A DNA stretch of 64,000 nucleotides from Rhizophagus irregularis. Lineage: Eukaryota. The DNA lies in NCBI RefSeq assembly GCF_026210795.1, contig NC_089432.1, forward strand, positions 3,038,001 through 3,102,000. The letters run 5' to 3'. Positions 37,271-50,947 of the stretch are shown piece by piece. Each line of letters opens with the position of its first letter. The first letter of the stretch is position 1. The notes beneath the pieces are model-generated. The model searched no databases, was not told the origin of the DNA, and saw only the letters and a list, made by a program, of their open reading frames with translations. The translations under genes and the position numbers were made by a program.

Positions 37271-37343
37271 TCTGACGTAAGGACATTCTGCTGCGTGTTA
37301 CAAATTACACAAATTTAGTCATTACGCCAATTTCTATAAATAG
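37271..37343 (+). promoter_or_regulatory. Conserved promoter module of the kinase-Sel1 family
   Basis: TCTGACGTA.GACATT, TTACAAATTACACAAA and CGCCAATTTCTATAAATAG recur in the same order at 61981-62094 and 60421-60522, and partly at 56478-56518. Confidence 0.6.
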
Positions 37344-37421
37344 TAAGAAAATTTTTTTTTTTTCCTTTTTAAACTATAAAAAAAAAAATTCCCGCAATAA
37401 ACACTTTTCTATATTTAAACA

Positions 37422-39555
37422 ATGTTTAACGTTAATAACACTGAACTTAAAATTATTGATAATTCAAATGAGTGGATTAATTGGATTGAAGAATCTATTG
37501 TTAATAAACAAATTAAATATTATGATTATAAACATTTTAATAATATTCAAGAAATTGGGGTTGAAAGTTTCGGAAATGTCTATCGTGCAAATTTGAAAAA
37601 TTCTCATGGTTATATAATATTGAAATCTTTTATTAATTTCAATATCATTGCTAAAGAAATTGTTAATGAAGTAATTATAAAAATATTTCCTTCTTTTAAT
37701 ATGATATGTTGCTAATTTATAATTCTATTTTTGGTTTAGCTTAAGCTTCAACGTGAGGTTGATTTTCATGAGAATATCATTCACTTTTATGGAATTTCAA
37801 CAGGTATTATAAATATTTTAATAACTTTATATTATAATTAAAAAAAATCTAAAATATTTTTTTATCTCAAAAGAAAACCAAAGTGATGATTCGAAAAAAT
37901 ATTTGCTAGTGATGGAGTATGCTGATAGTGGCACCCTTCGAAATTATTTAAGTGAACGTTTTGAAAATCTTACTTGGAATGATAAGTTAAATTTGGCGCT
38001 TCAGTTATCTAATGCTATATCATGGTTACATAATAAAAAAATTGTACATCGTGATTTGGTAGGTTATTTACATACTTTCGTTTTGTTAATTATGTTCTAA
38101 AGTTATATACCTAATATTACACACTTATTTATTGCCTTTAATAATAGCACTCTAATAGTATATTAGTTCATAGGAATATCATCAAATTGGCCGATTTCGG
38201 ATTGTCAATAAGGGTTGAGGAATCTACCAATATTCAATCAAATTTATCTAAAATGTTCGCCTACGTTGATCCACAAAATTTTAATATAAAAAGTCATAGC
38301 AATAATCAAATACAAGTATATTCATTAAATCAAAAGAGTGATATTTACAGTATTGGCATACTCTTTTGGGAAATATCTAGTGGCCAACCACCTTTTCGTA
38401 ATGAATCATACAATGATGATTTGGTTATAGAAATATTACAAGGTCTTAGAGAGAAACCAATTCCTAATACCCCTGAAGATTATGTTAATATATACACTGG
38501 TAAATATAGTTAAGTTAATTATGGTTATTAATAATAATTTTTATTAATTACAAGTTTATTTAAATTAAGATTGCTGGAATATTGAACCAAATAATCGTCC
38601 AACTATCAATCAGGTTGTTGAGAAATTGAATGCAATTATTAAAAAAGAAAGTACCAATTTATCAAATTTATCAAATGAACAACAGAATATTTTTGAAATT
38701 CCTAATAAAACAATAAATAAATCATTACATATAGAATCTATGTCTCAAATTATTCAAAATTTTAATAGGATTAATATAAAAGAAATAGGACCTTTAATTT
38801 CATCAAACCTGAATGTAAATGATTTTCAATTAATGGTTAATGAAATAATTCATTTATTAGAAAATGTAGTAATAACAAGAAAAGAATATGAAATTATTAA
38901 TTATCTCAATAATCATGATATAACTTCACGAGAAATTTATAATTGGTTATTAAATAATCAGGATAATTCAAATTCTATTTTTTTATTAGGAATATTTAAT
39001 CATTTTGGGGTTAAAATTAATGTTAATAAACAAAAAGCATTTGAATTATATCAAAAATCAGCAAATTTAGGAAATGCATTTGGAATAACTAGTTTAGGAT
39101 ATTGCTATAGTAAAGGAATGGGAATTAGTATTGATAGGCAAAAAGCTTATGAATTATGTCAAGAGGCTGCAAATTTAGGAATTCCACGTGGAATAAATAA
39201 TTTGGGTACTTGTTACTTAAATGGATTTGGAACAAATGTTAATTATCAAAAAGCAGTTGAATTATATCAAGCTGCAGCAAATTTAGGTAGTGTATTTGGA
39301 ATAAATAATTTGGGATATTGCTATGAAAAAGGTATTGGTACTAATGTTAACTATCAAAAAGCATTTGAATTATATGCAAAAGCTGCAAATTTAGGATATT
39401 TTTTATCTCAATATAACCTTGCTAAGATGTATGATAATGGAATAGGAATTGAAGAAAATATAAATCAAGCAATTTATTGGTATAAAAAATCTGCTGAACA
39501 AGGAAATGATGATGCTAAAATTAAATTAAATGAACTAATAACAAATGAAATGTAA
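37422..39555 (+). CDS. TKL kinase + Sel1-repeat protein (possible pseudokinase)
   Basis: Exons 37422-37670, 37740-37803, 37874-38058, 38148-38499, 38570-39555 in frame. G-loop IGVESFG, HRDLHSNS, DFG; about five Sel1 repeats. Confidence 0.92.
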
Positions 39556-41129
39556 GATAATAAATATACTTTAAATTAAGTTCTTATTAATAAAACATAA
39601 CAGATTTATATTATTTGAATGATTATACAAAAAATATGTTAGTTAAATGTATAAAAGAATATTGGCAAGGTAATTTAATAGTAAATATTTTTCGTTTTTA
39701 AATCTAGGTTTTTTTACATTCTCAATATTAAATAGTATTTTTTTAAAAAAAATCCTTAGTTTTTTAAAATATATAATACTATATACTGTATATATACTTC
39801 TATATTGTAATATTTTACTTTGAAATACATTGTTAGATATAGATAAAAAGTTTTATATTATTAAATTAATTGCATATATTATCTTAATAAATGTAATAAA
39901 GCTTTTGCTTAAGTTTAACAAATTTTCCAAATATCATTTTGTCATAATCAAATTTTTAATATTTACTCAAATCTATAACTAGTCAGTCAGTCAGTTTCAA
40001 TTGTAATTTATCAATTTATCAATAATAAAATCTATACTATTATTTTTACTATACTGTAGAGCTTTTCTATATTTATAATTAGATTGATTTGTTAGAATAC
40101 AATTTCTAGTTTAGTTAATAAAATTAAAAAGTTATTTATATGACAATACTTCTAAAAAGCTGGTCAGTACCATCCTAATACTATGAGTCTAGTTATAATT
40201 AAATAAATTTTTCTTTATAAATGTCTGATATATTACCCTTCCACTTAATATATGAATAGTCCTACAAATAAATTTATAGAGTGCTATGCTAAATTTACAA
40301 GAAAAGATGAAGGCAAATTGTTTTCAAAAAAAAAAGGAATAAGCCTTGCTTGAAGCATTAATAAAACTCTCATTTTATTATATTATCTTAAAAGAGGTTT
40401 GTGAAAATGTAAATGCAAATTCTAATCATGAAAGGATTTTCTGCCTGTTTAATACATCAAACTTTTATTGATTTTTTTCTTGCTCATTTCTGCTCTTTGC
40501 TCTTTTTTTTCCATTTTTTGCACTTTTCTACTTCTTGCACTAAAGATTAAAACCAGTTTTATTAACTTCTTAAAAATTGAAAATAGTTATAAAACAGTTA
40601 TATATTAAAACCAGTTAAATCAGATAAACCAGCAATTATACTGAAATCAGTTTAATTGATTAAACTAGTATTAATATAAGACATTACTTTTACATCACAT
40701 TTAACAGTTAATACTTACTAACACACTTTTACTTTCACTTAATTTTTATTTATTTATTTATTAATTATTATAATTGGAATGCTAAATATTTTAAAATAGC
40801 TAATGAACTATATTATTATTATTACTATTATTATTAAATGATTATTATTATAAGCAAAATAGTGAGTCTATAATAAGCCCACTATGTCCCAAACTGTTAC
40901 TATTAGAATTGGTTGACAAAAAGGTGGGACCATAATGCCCATGGTTCCAAATGGAATTACTATTCTCTGAGTTCTACACTATGAGATCTGTACAGTAATA
41001 CAAATTTTAAAAAAAAAACTGGATAAATTGATATAGTAAAACTGGTTTATCATTTTGATAAAATTTCAACCAGTTATGAATCCAAAACAATTAAATCTGA
41101 TTATAAATCTGATTTTGATAACTGGTTCC

Positions 41130-43200
41130 AACACTTTTATGGCTTCTTGTTTAAAAGTTGTTGATGATTACAAATTTACCACAATCTTTAAAATCTTTTC
41201 TAGAAAATTAACTAAAGTGTCTGAATTATTTAATTCTTTTTATATTTTTGTTTGGTCTTCTTTAAGGTTTCTTTATAATCTGTGTTTTTATTTGATGCAT
41301 TATCAGCATTATATTGTAGTGATGATAGATAATGGTGACTCTCCCAAACTAAGATATTTTGATGGTTTTATGACATTTCAATATTGTCCAAAGTTCATTA
41401 ACAGCAACACTAATTGTTTTACCAATCAAAACCTCTTTCACAATATATATTCTAGTCAAATGCTAAATGAATGCATAATATTGGAATAATGTTGGATTCT
41501 TTGATTTAATATCAATGGTAGGAGAGCATGTGGTTCACTCTTGAGTCTTTGAAAGATCTGGTTAAAAGTTTAAGAATTCCATATTGCAATTCATTAGCAA
41601 ATAGATATCCGTAAATTTGTTAAATATTAACAACAAAAGTGGCCTTCACCAGAGTATAGAGGTACTGTTTCACCATATGTTCTATCCAAATCTTATGAAG
41701 AGTTTACTAATATCTAAATTTAAGACCTTGTAAGTTTTACTTCAAGTCTTCAACCTCTAATAATAACTTTTCAACCTACTTATAAATAAAGCTGGACTTT
41801 CTGATGATCTCATCTTTTTTTGATATCCTCCACTGGTTTTTGTGAATTGTAATAATATGGAGGTTGTCAAGTACATTATTCTTTAATACTCCTCAAATAT
41901 TTTTTTCATTTGACATATTATAACTTTGATTATATTTTTTGGATAATAGCATGAATATCATATAATGCTATTATTGAATTGATAAGATTTGATCTTCTTA
42001 ACAAATGAAATACAATTCTTAACTGAAAATAGGGTGCATCCTGTACTTGTCTTGGAGGTTGTAATACTTTTCCTATGATATTAGGGTCATAGACTATAGC
42101 TTCCTTTTCAACTTTGATCTCAACATGCTTCTTCTATTTATTGAGTTCTAATATAAATAAATATGTAAATTAGTGTCTTAATACATTATTATAAGAAATA
42201 GATGTGTTCGCAATTATTCTTGGCTTACCATTAGAAGTAGAGGTTATAATAGCTTCCTCTTCCAAAAATCAATTGGGTCAAGAATCATCAAGGTCATGCC
42301 ACTTGTTCATCAAGGATGGCAAATCATCAATTTTATCATACTATACTCTTTAATTAGAGTGATTTTCAGCATATAAGAGATGAGGACTAAAAAAGAAAGC
42401 ATACTTTAAAAGATGCAATTACACATTACATTGCTGTACATCCATTCAACTATACCTTATATATTTATTCCAAGGAGAGGTTGATTCCAAATCCAGAAGC
42501 CATCCCTAAAAAAAGAAAACAAAAAAAAATGTTAGTAATATTTTCAAACTAAAAAGGGCAAATTTTTTGATCCCACAATTCAACTTACAATTTCAGTTTA
42601 AGTTGGAACTCTAAATACAAGAATTGTCCCTAAAGAAAAAAAAAGTAAAGAGAACATTATTAACAATGTTCCCAAGTCAAAGAAAAATCCCCCTCTCTAG
42701 CAACTTACAGTTTCCCAGAGTCCATCAATTCAAGTTATCCCTAAAGAAAAAACGACGTTAATAACATTCCAGGTCAAAAATAAAAATAAGAATAAAAAAA
42801 ATAAAAATTCTTTGCTTACCTTTCGCCAATTCATTAAGAAATCATCCTTTTCTTAAAATTTTTTTTCGTTCAATCCATCAAGTCTATGTTATGTTCTTTG
42901 ATATTCCTTTGAAGTCAATAATATCATATGTTACAATGTTGAGTGTGGTAAATAACGAGTTCGTAAGATTGTTGCAGAAAAATCATGTCGGTATTTTAGA
43001 AATATATTGATGTGAATAGAATAAACGAAAATGAAAATAAGGAAAAAATTATGAAAAAAAAAGAAAAAAAAAAGTTTTTAAAAAAAATAAAGAATTTAAA
43101 GAATTTTTTTTTTTTAAAAAAAAAAGGTCTTAAATGATCCTGTTAAATTAGCTTCGGCAAGTCATATGACAGGTGCTGTAATCATGACATCATGTAATTC
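41130..43200 (-). mobile_element. Decayed multi-exon transposon-like gene, copy A
   Basis: Block-wise homology with 54500-55760 (e.g. ctttgatctcaacatg.ttcttc; ttcttggcttacca.tagaag; ctttgcttacctttcgc; tttgatattcctttgaagt). Short ag/gtaag-bounded exons at 42400-42830; CpG-poor. Confidence 0.55.
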
Positions 43201-43616
43201 ATGTATTTATTTGATATACTTCGTAAATAAAAAAACTAGAATTTTGTATTACGGTACCGCAAACATTCTCCATTAAAGTACCGTCCTTTTCACAACAAAT
43301 CAATCATTGAATTATTTATAAAAAGTTTTTAATACTTAAATGATATATTACATTAATAAATCATGATTTTTTTTCTTGATATATTTACGGATGATGTTTA
43401 TTTAAATGAGGGCGAGTTGAGTAGAAATCAAGATGATCAAGAATCATTTCTTTTTGAAATTTACATTACATCATTTTATTAAATTAAATTGTTATCCGGA
43501 GATATTTTAGATAATTTTCAATCAATACAATCAATACAATCAATACAACCATGAATAATAATTTATCATGTTTTGCAAGAATTATATCTTTATTAGAAAT
43601 TGAAATTTCAATTAAT

Positions 43617-45368
43617 TCAATAATTAAATTTTATATTACCATTATGATCCAATTTAATAGCTAAATCATAATAATTCTTCATTTTAACAAATGATTGAAT
43701 TTCTTTAAATAATAATTCCAAATTATTACGAAATTTAGGATCATTCCTAATAGAATAAGATAAATAATCCAAATTCTTATTCTTAATGAAATCTTTTATA
43801 ACATTTAAAGTAACATCTAAATTATGAGAACTTCTATTTCTAATTAATAATCTTTTAAGATCAATTTGATCACAATTATCAAAAAGTAATTTTATATCAT
43901 CAGGATTAATCACAAGATTTAAATCTAAATAACATAAATTAGAAGGTAAAGAATCACATAATAATTTTAAAATCATTGAACTAATTTTCAATTCATCAAC
44001 ATCATTATTAATACTAATATTATAAGAAAAATGTTCAAAATTAAAAAATTTAACTTCAAGGGTAAGAAATTTAAGAGTATTGTTAAAATTTGGAATTATT
44101 TTAGATAATTTAGGAATATCATTATAATCAATATGACATAAATGAAGAAATTGAATTTTTTCACAATAATTAATAATGGCATCAAATAAACGTTCTTTAA
44201 AATGGTTGTCATTTCTATAAATATATTCAATATCCAAAACCAAATTTTTTATATAATAACCAACTTTTTGAAGAAATAATTCTATTTCGACAATTTCTCT
44301 AACATGAATCTTTTTAATGGCAAAAGTTTTGATCTTCAATGGTGTTTTAATTTTAAGTAAAGATCGAAAAATACCTGAATTCAAATCGCAATCTTTAAAT
44401 TGAAGAGATTTAAGTTGAGTAAGATTAGAAAGTGCATCATAACTCAAATCAGATATATTATTTGAGCCAAAATATAATGATGTTAAAGTATTTGATGAAT
44501 TTTTTAAAGAATCCAAGAATGAATGACTTAATATATTATAAGAAAATCTCATTTTAATTGAAGAAAGTTGTGACTGTGATTTAATTAAATCTGTAATAAT
44601 ATCTTTTTCTTCACTATTTTCATCCTTAAGAAAAAATTCAATATGTTTAATATTTGATGGAAGAGAAGATAAAAATTGTTTAATTATACTGAATTGTTTG
44701 TTATAATTAAATAAATGAATAGTAAATTCTTTAATATTTGATATGAACGTTGGATTATTTAAAATCAACTTATAAATAGAATTTAAAAGTTGTTTATTAT
44801 AAAAAGTAAACGTTATATGTAGTTTGTTTAAAATAACATTATTTTCTACAAATAGGTTGAATAAAATTGTACAAATTGTTTGAATTCCATTATTCCGTTT
44901 ATTTGCTTTGACCAATCTGAATTCTTCGTTAGATTCATCTTGAAGCGTAATTAATTGAACATAAGCTTTTTCGTTTGAAGTTCCTTGATCATTATTAGTC
45001 GTAGTGTTGAGCCAACATATAATATGTAATTCCATTCTGAAAGTATCTAAAGTTTTTATTAAAGCATGATAATTAAATAAAGGTTTGTATGAACTTTTTA
45101 TATCTGACTTGTGAAATTTAATTTTATTAACTTTATTTTTGTCATTTTCATTTAAAAATGAAAAATATGTGTCAATAAAATGATGTGATAAATTATTTCG
45201 ATATTTAACAGAAAAAGGATCTTCCCAAAGTAAAGGTGTCGCGAGAAAACAACAATTTCTATTTATCAAAATACAAGAATAAAGTGATTTTATGTCATCA
45301 CGAAGATTTTCTATGATATTTTGCATTACTTCTGGTATATCACCAGAAAATATTTTTGAACATGCCAT
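43617..45368 (-). CDS. F-box-like N-terminus + RNI-like/LRR protein, 583 aa, intronless
   Basis: Long intact ORF. MACSKIFSGDIPE...LYSCILINRNCC..ATPLLWEDPF N-terminus and LxxLxL repeats are characteristic of an expanded Glomeromycotina family. Confidence 0.88.
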   Translation of the reverse strand: MACSKIFSGDIPEVMQNIIENLRDDIKSLYSCILINRNCCFLATPLLWEDPFSVKYRNNLSHHFIDTYFSFLNENDKNKVNKIKFHKSDIKSSYKPLFNYHALIKTLDTFRMELHIICWLNTTTNNDQGTSNEKAYVQLITLQDESNEEFRLVKANKRNNGIQTICTILFNLFVENNVILNKLHITFTFYNKQLLNSIYKLILNNPTFISNIKEFTIHLFNYNKQFSIIKQFLSSLPSNIKHIEFFLKDENSEEKDIITDLIKSQSQLSSIKMRFSYNILSHSFLDSLKNSSNTLTSLYFGSNNISDLSYDALSNLTQLKSLQFKDCDLNSGIFRSLLKIKTPLKIKTFAIKKIHVREIVEIELFLQKVGYYIKNLVLDIEYIYRNDNHFKERLFDAIINYCEKIQFLHLCHIDYNDIPKLSKIIPNFNNTLKFLTLEVKFFNFEHFSYNISINNDVDELKISSMILKLLCDSLPSNLCYLDLNLVINPDDIKLLFDNCDQIDLKRLLIRNRSSHNLDVTLNVIKDFIKNKNLDYLSYSIRNDPKFRNNLELLFKEIQSFVKMKNYYDLAIKLDHNGNIKFNY

Positions 45369-45593
45369 TGTTTTAAAAGAGAGAAAGAGAAAGAAAAGGA
45401 GAAATGATTATGTTGATCAAACTTATCATGCTTTATATACAGTACATGTGGCTTATACTATATAGTATCATTATGTCATTATGTATCAATTGTATCATTC
45501 GAATAAGATTTATCTATAATATCTATAATAAATTATAAACAGTTCTAAATTTCAACATAGATATAAGGTGCTTATTGATAAAGCATAAATATT

Positions 45594-45673
45594 AGTTATT
45601 TGATAGGGGGGTTAGAATATCACCGAACTGCGAAGCAGTTCGGATGATATTTTAACCCCCCTATCAAATAACT
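45594..45673. repeat. 80-bp near-perfect hairpin with GCGAAGC loop
   Basis: AGTTATTTGATAGGGGGGTTAGAATATCA-CCGAACTGC GAA GCAGTTCGG-ATGATATTTTAACCCCCCTATCAAATAACT. Confidence 0.9.
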
Positions 45674-48600
45674 GTGTTATTCTGCAGCCGCCAATGATCA
45701 TCTTATAAATACAATAAACTATTGATTAATCAACGTCAAAAATATCAATAATAATTATGCAATGGTAGTTTATTTATAGCTTAATAAAAAAATATCAGCA
45801 TGATGAAAAAAGCATGATCCTATTTGGCTGTAGAATAAATTAATTTATCCTGCTAACTCATTCAATTAAATATCTAGTTCACGATATTTTTTCAGTCAAT
45901 ATAAAGTTGAAAGAGAAATAATACGCAATCTCATCAAAGGCTATTGATGATTAATATTCCATCACACAAGATAGTGATCTGACACGTGACAAATTTAGCC
46001 AAAAAAAATTTTACTCAAACTTTTGGCGCGTTAATTTTTATTTTATTTATTAATTAATAATCACTAATTATACTTAATAATATTTAATTTTATAATATTA
46101 TTATTATAATTTAACGGTTATGTGATTTTTAATTTTTTATTTCAATTGTTTAGAATCAAATTACGTTTAAGATGATTTTATATAAAAGAATGATCAAGAA
46201 GGAAAATAAAAAATCAATTTACTATATTTGTATAAATGAATATCTTGATTAATTACAAAGGAACTTCAAACTGATTGTTCCTAATTTTTATCGATCTTTT
46301 TTTCGCAGTCACACAATATATCATACCAACAATTTTTTGTTTTTTGAAAATAAAATTTTTATTTTTATATCCTATGACCCCAAATAACCTTCAAATGTTA
46401 CCGCCTTCAAGAAAAATCATTATTTATTAGTAGACAATTAAAATCATATTAAATTTGCCGTGACCCATCAAGTATCAAATATTTAAAGATGAAATTTCAC
46501 CTTTTGCCCAATTACAGCAAAAAATTATTGATTTATTAGAAAAGCATTTACACTAGCATCCACTAATTCCTAAAATGTCAATAAACAACTTTCAACTAGT
46601 GAGGAAATTTGGTACCAATTTTGTTTTGATAATAATTACAATATATTTGGGCATATCTGTGGACAAATTGGTATCAAAAAGAAATGTGGATCTTGTGGAC
46701 TTGTTTCATTATCAATAGAAATTTATATTTTTCATATCACAATGCTTATTGAGTCTCAATGGAAAGTACTCAAGCATTATTATCTTTCAAAAATTTTAAA
46801 CCCAGAATTAGATTTCGTTATTTACATAATTATTTCCTATTTAATTCCTTATCATCTATATATAACAACATAATAAATATATTAATAAAAGAGAAAAAGT
46901 GTCATGGTAAAAAGATTTTAAAAAAGAATGGTTACATTGGAAAAAAGAGATATCAAGGGAAATTATATAACAAATACAGAAAAATGGATATGCAGTTGCC
47001 CTTATTTTTTATTAAATCATTTCTTTATATAAACATCTAGTCAAACAATCCCAATTTAAAATTATCCAAAATTTTTTATCAAATTCAGCATCAAGGAAAA
47101 CAACCTTATAATATTACAAGAATGTATTCTATAAAGTATACTTGCTACTATTCCTAAAAAAAAAAATATCCATCAGGAAAAATCTGTAAAAAATATATAA
47201 GTACTAATATTAAATTATATAAAAATCAGAATATAATCCATGAACATGGAAAGATCATAATAAACATATAATTCAAGAAACAAAAATATGAATATATATA
47301 TGATAAAGGAATAGTACTAATAAATCATGATACTTAAATAAAATAAAAATTAACACATCAAAAGTTAAGTAAAATATTTTTTTTGATGTGATTTAATGAA
47401 AGACTTATTTGTATACATTAAACAATTAAAATATTATATAATAAAGAGTAATTTTATTACTTTTTATTTTTCATATGAAGACAAGAATTTTTCAGGTGCA
47501 TTAAGGACATAAATAAGATCCAGTAGCAATTACGATTTAAAAATTATAATTCATTACAGCTAAATCTATAACTCTTTTCTCTTATTATATCTTCTGATTA
47601 TTATAGAATTATAGTAGTTAATAGTATTTAATAAATTAAATAATCATACAATTACATTTTTCATAACTATTATTATATAAAGAATTTACTTTTTCTTTGT
47701 ATAAATTACTGAAAGACCAAACTGAAATAGCATCCATTTTAGACTTTAAAGAAAATATCAGATATATAACAATAATTAATTTTTATTAAATTTATTAAAT
47801 AGTATTTTTTTTTTATTATATCTTTTTCTTTGATTTCCATATACTAAATAATTAATATTTTCATATACTATACCATCATTTACTGTACCATATACTATAT
47901 CATAAAATATATGTTTAATTAGATAATGATTAAATGTTTTAATACATGAGAAATACATTAGATTAAAGTTTTTTTAAAAAATATATAATTTACAAAAATC
48001 ATGTATATTTTAGGTACTACAAACTAGGTAACGGTGACCATTAAATGTCCGATGGTGGCATCACGCTGCACGTTTTTCCAAAGTGAAATCTTATTAGTAC
48101 TATATTTTGTAACGATTTGTAAACCAATTGTTGAAGTTTTTTATTGATAAATAGTTTAATAAAATAATTCAACATAATTATAAATCAAATACTGAAATTA
48201 AAATAATTTGTAATTTTAGACTATTTGTAATAATAAATAAAATTTCGTTAAGATTTAATATTTGAAATTAATCGCTTTTCTTCAGACAATCTCTCTTGTA
48301 ACCTCTTACATTTTTTTAATGCGTTGTATTCATTCAAACGAAAATGGCTTAAAAAGTACATCATTAAGAGCACGGTCTCTGGAAATTGGCACAATTTTCG
48401 TTAGGCTTTTAATAACGAAAATAAATTACACAAGATATCATTTATTATGTTTTTTCGTTTATTATTAATGAATCTTAAATTACATGAAGAAATAGTTTAA
48501 AAACAACTAAATTTATTATATACTTAAGCAAAAATTTTGGTAACGAATTAGACTTTATTAAACTTTAGTTTAAGATAGAATTAATTAAAATTATTGTTAG

Positions 48601-50304
48601 GGCTACCCATGGAAATAGTTGAAGATCGAACAAGTCACATGATGTAGTGCGCAGAAATCCCATGATTGTGGCTGAGTTTATTACAATATGGAACATTCCT
48701 TATAATATATTTTAGTTTTATTAGTTACTTACATTAATTAACCACTTTTAGTATTATTATTGCTTTTGACTCATAAATATTTAATTATATCAGTTTAATT
48801 ATTATAACATTAGTAAATTGCTTTATTAGTTAGTTAGAGAAGTTTCTTGAGATTTACATAGTTGATGAATCATATAGACATATAGAACTTATACAAAATA
48901 GTAATAGAAAGATTTTTGCAGGTAATTGCGACAATTGATTGATTAATCATATTAATATAATTAGGATAATATTGATAAGTTCAAACAGTCATGTATGAAA
49001 ATGTAAACATATATAGGGCTTTTGAATAAAAGTCGTTAAAACCTGGGTAGATCTAACAGAGAGTTTAGATTATGTTATCCGAAGTATTGGTTTTTTTTAT
49101 ATGATTTAATTGTTAGTTTATGCAGTAAACTTTTCACGTGTTTTACTTGTTTTACCTTGTGTTTTGTCATTATCTGTTTGATAAGTTTTTATTTTCAAGA
49201 AACCCTTACATTATTTACCAGAATTAACAGTACTTTCATTACGTCACAAATTATTGTAACACCTATAATCTTATTATTTGACCTTTTTGCCACAACATCA
49301 GTGCATTGTTATATATTGTCACGTGTATATAAGTCACGTGCGGGACAGGCATGCTTTTGCGTAGAATGTAAAAGTCCTCCATCCCGCTTCGGACAATTAA
49401 AAAAAAATACATTTTGTTAAATATCAGTGATTATAGAAGGATTAATGCAGCTTATTTGATTCATCTCAATCGTAAAGTAGTAGTTGTATATTTTTATGCA
49501 TGATTAATGTTAAGTTCACCGCACATTAGAATCCTCTAGTTACAATAGTAAAAATGTTTTATGGTATGTCAAATTCTATAATTTATTGTTTGGATTTTTT
49601 TATTTTTCCATTTTTAAAAAATTTAAAAAAAACGAGTAAAAAGTTTCAGAATTATTCTTATTATTACCAACGAAATTAAAAATAAAAAAAAAACAAGAAA
49701 AAAACAAATAATAGTGAATGATATTCAAAAATTATGTTAAAGAAAACGGCTCACAATAAAGAGAATTGAAAAGTTGGAAAAATAATTTTGAAGATCAAAT
49801 GAAGAAATCTTTTTTTTTAAAAAGAAAATGATTATTTGTGATTTTTATATCTTTTATTTTTTGTTTAATAATTTTATTAAAATATAATAAAGATAGTAAA
49901 AATTTTTAACGGATTAATATAGGTATAGGTAATTACTAAAATTGCAATACTATCTTTAGTTACTGTATATTCTTTTTAAACTAAATAATTACACATTTGA
50001 TGAACAAAATGTTTAATAAAGAAAGAAATAAATCACCATTTATATATATAATTGATATTTATGATAATATTGAATAAAATTAAAAATTGAAAATAATAAC
50101 TGATAATATATTTAATATATTTTTTATTTTGAAAATTTGAATAAACACTGTATCATGAAAATTTATTTTTATATTTTTCAGAACCTTGGAAAAAGTGACA
50201 TCTGCAAAAAGTAATGAAATACGAAATGGGAAGATATTTTTGTAATCATATATAAAGTTCAAAAAAGAAAAAATAATGATGAATTGAAATAATAACAGCT
50301 AATT

Positions 50305-50626
50305 TTTTTTGCTAGTAACGCATTTCTTTATTAATATTTTTGATAACAAAATGGATAATAAATATAGATTAGAAGTACTTAGCAGTATACAATATACTCT
50401 GTAACTAACTACGTCTAAGACGGATAAGGAGAAGGACCATCTAACTATGCTATATATATCTATTCTACTATCCTCTAAACCTAGAAATTCCATATTGTAT
50501 TATCCTAAAAAAAAAGGAAAAACTTGACAAAATGTCAAGGAATTTGTAATGCTAATGTCGTATCCCTCACCAGGAGATACTCATAGTACCATCAACGAGA
50601 TCTCGTAATTAACGTCCTTCACAAGA
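50305..50626 (-). mobile_element. 5'-truncated non-LTR retrotransposon insertion (322 bp)
   Basis: 14-bp TSD AATAACAGCTAATT at 50291-50304 and 50627-50640. Poly(T) at the left end, i.e. a minus-strand poly(A) after AATAAAGAAATGCGTTACTAGC. Confidence 0.8.
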
Positions 50627-50947
50627 AATAACAGCTAATTAAAAATTCGTATAGATAAAAATATATTGGTCACAGAAATAATCACATGATATTAAGTTGT
50701 TTTACATTTTTACGTCTTTTTGTATTGGATAATATGATATTATTGTCTTTATAAATGTACAAATTGTACTACGATAAAAGCGATCAATACAAAAAAGATA
50801 AAAAAAAATCAGTTTTAAAATTTAAATTTGAATAAAATAAAAAAACTATTTCAACAAATAGTACTAGTAAATAATGAATCTATAGATTGTTTTATTCATA
50901 CCAATGCTTATAATTTATAATACATAATATTGATTAAAAACATTAGT

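Noticed and set aside
41055..41489. 144-aa plus-strand ORF
   Set aside because: Non-ATG start, spans a MITE-like end and lies antisense to the decayed minus-strand element; no motif.
46140..47290. Coding-like remnant with a Cys cluster (ICGQIGIKKKCGSCGLVS)
   Set aside because: Too fragmented to assign a family or boundaries by eye; possibly a decayed TE gene.
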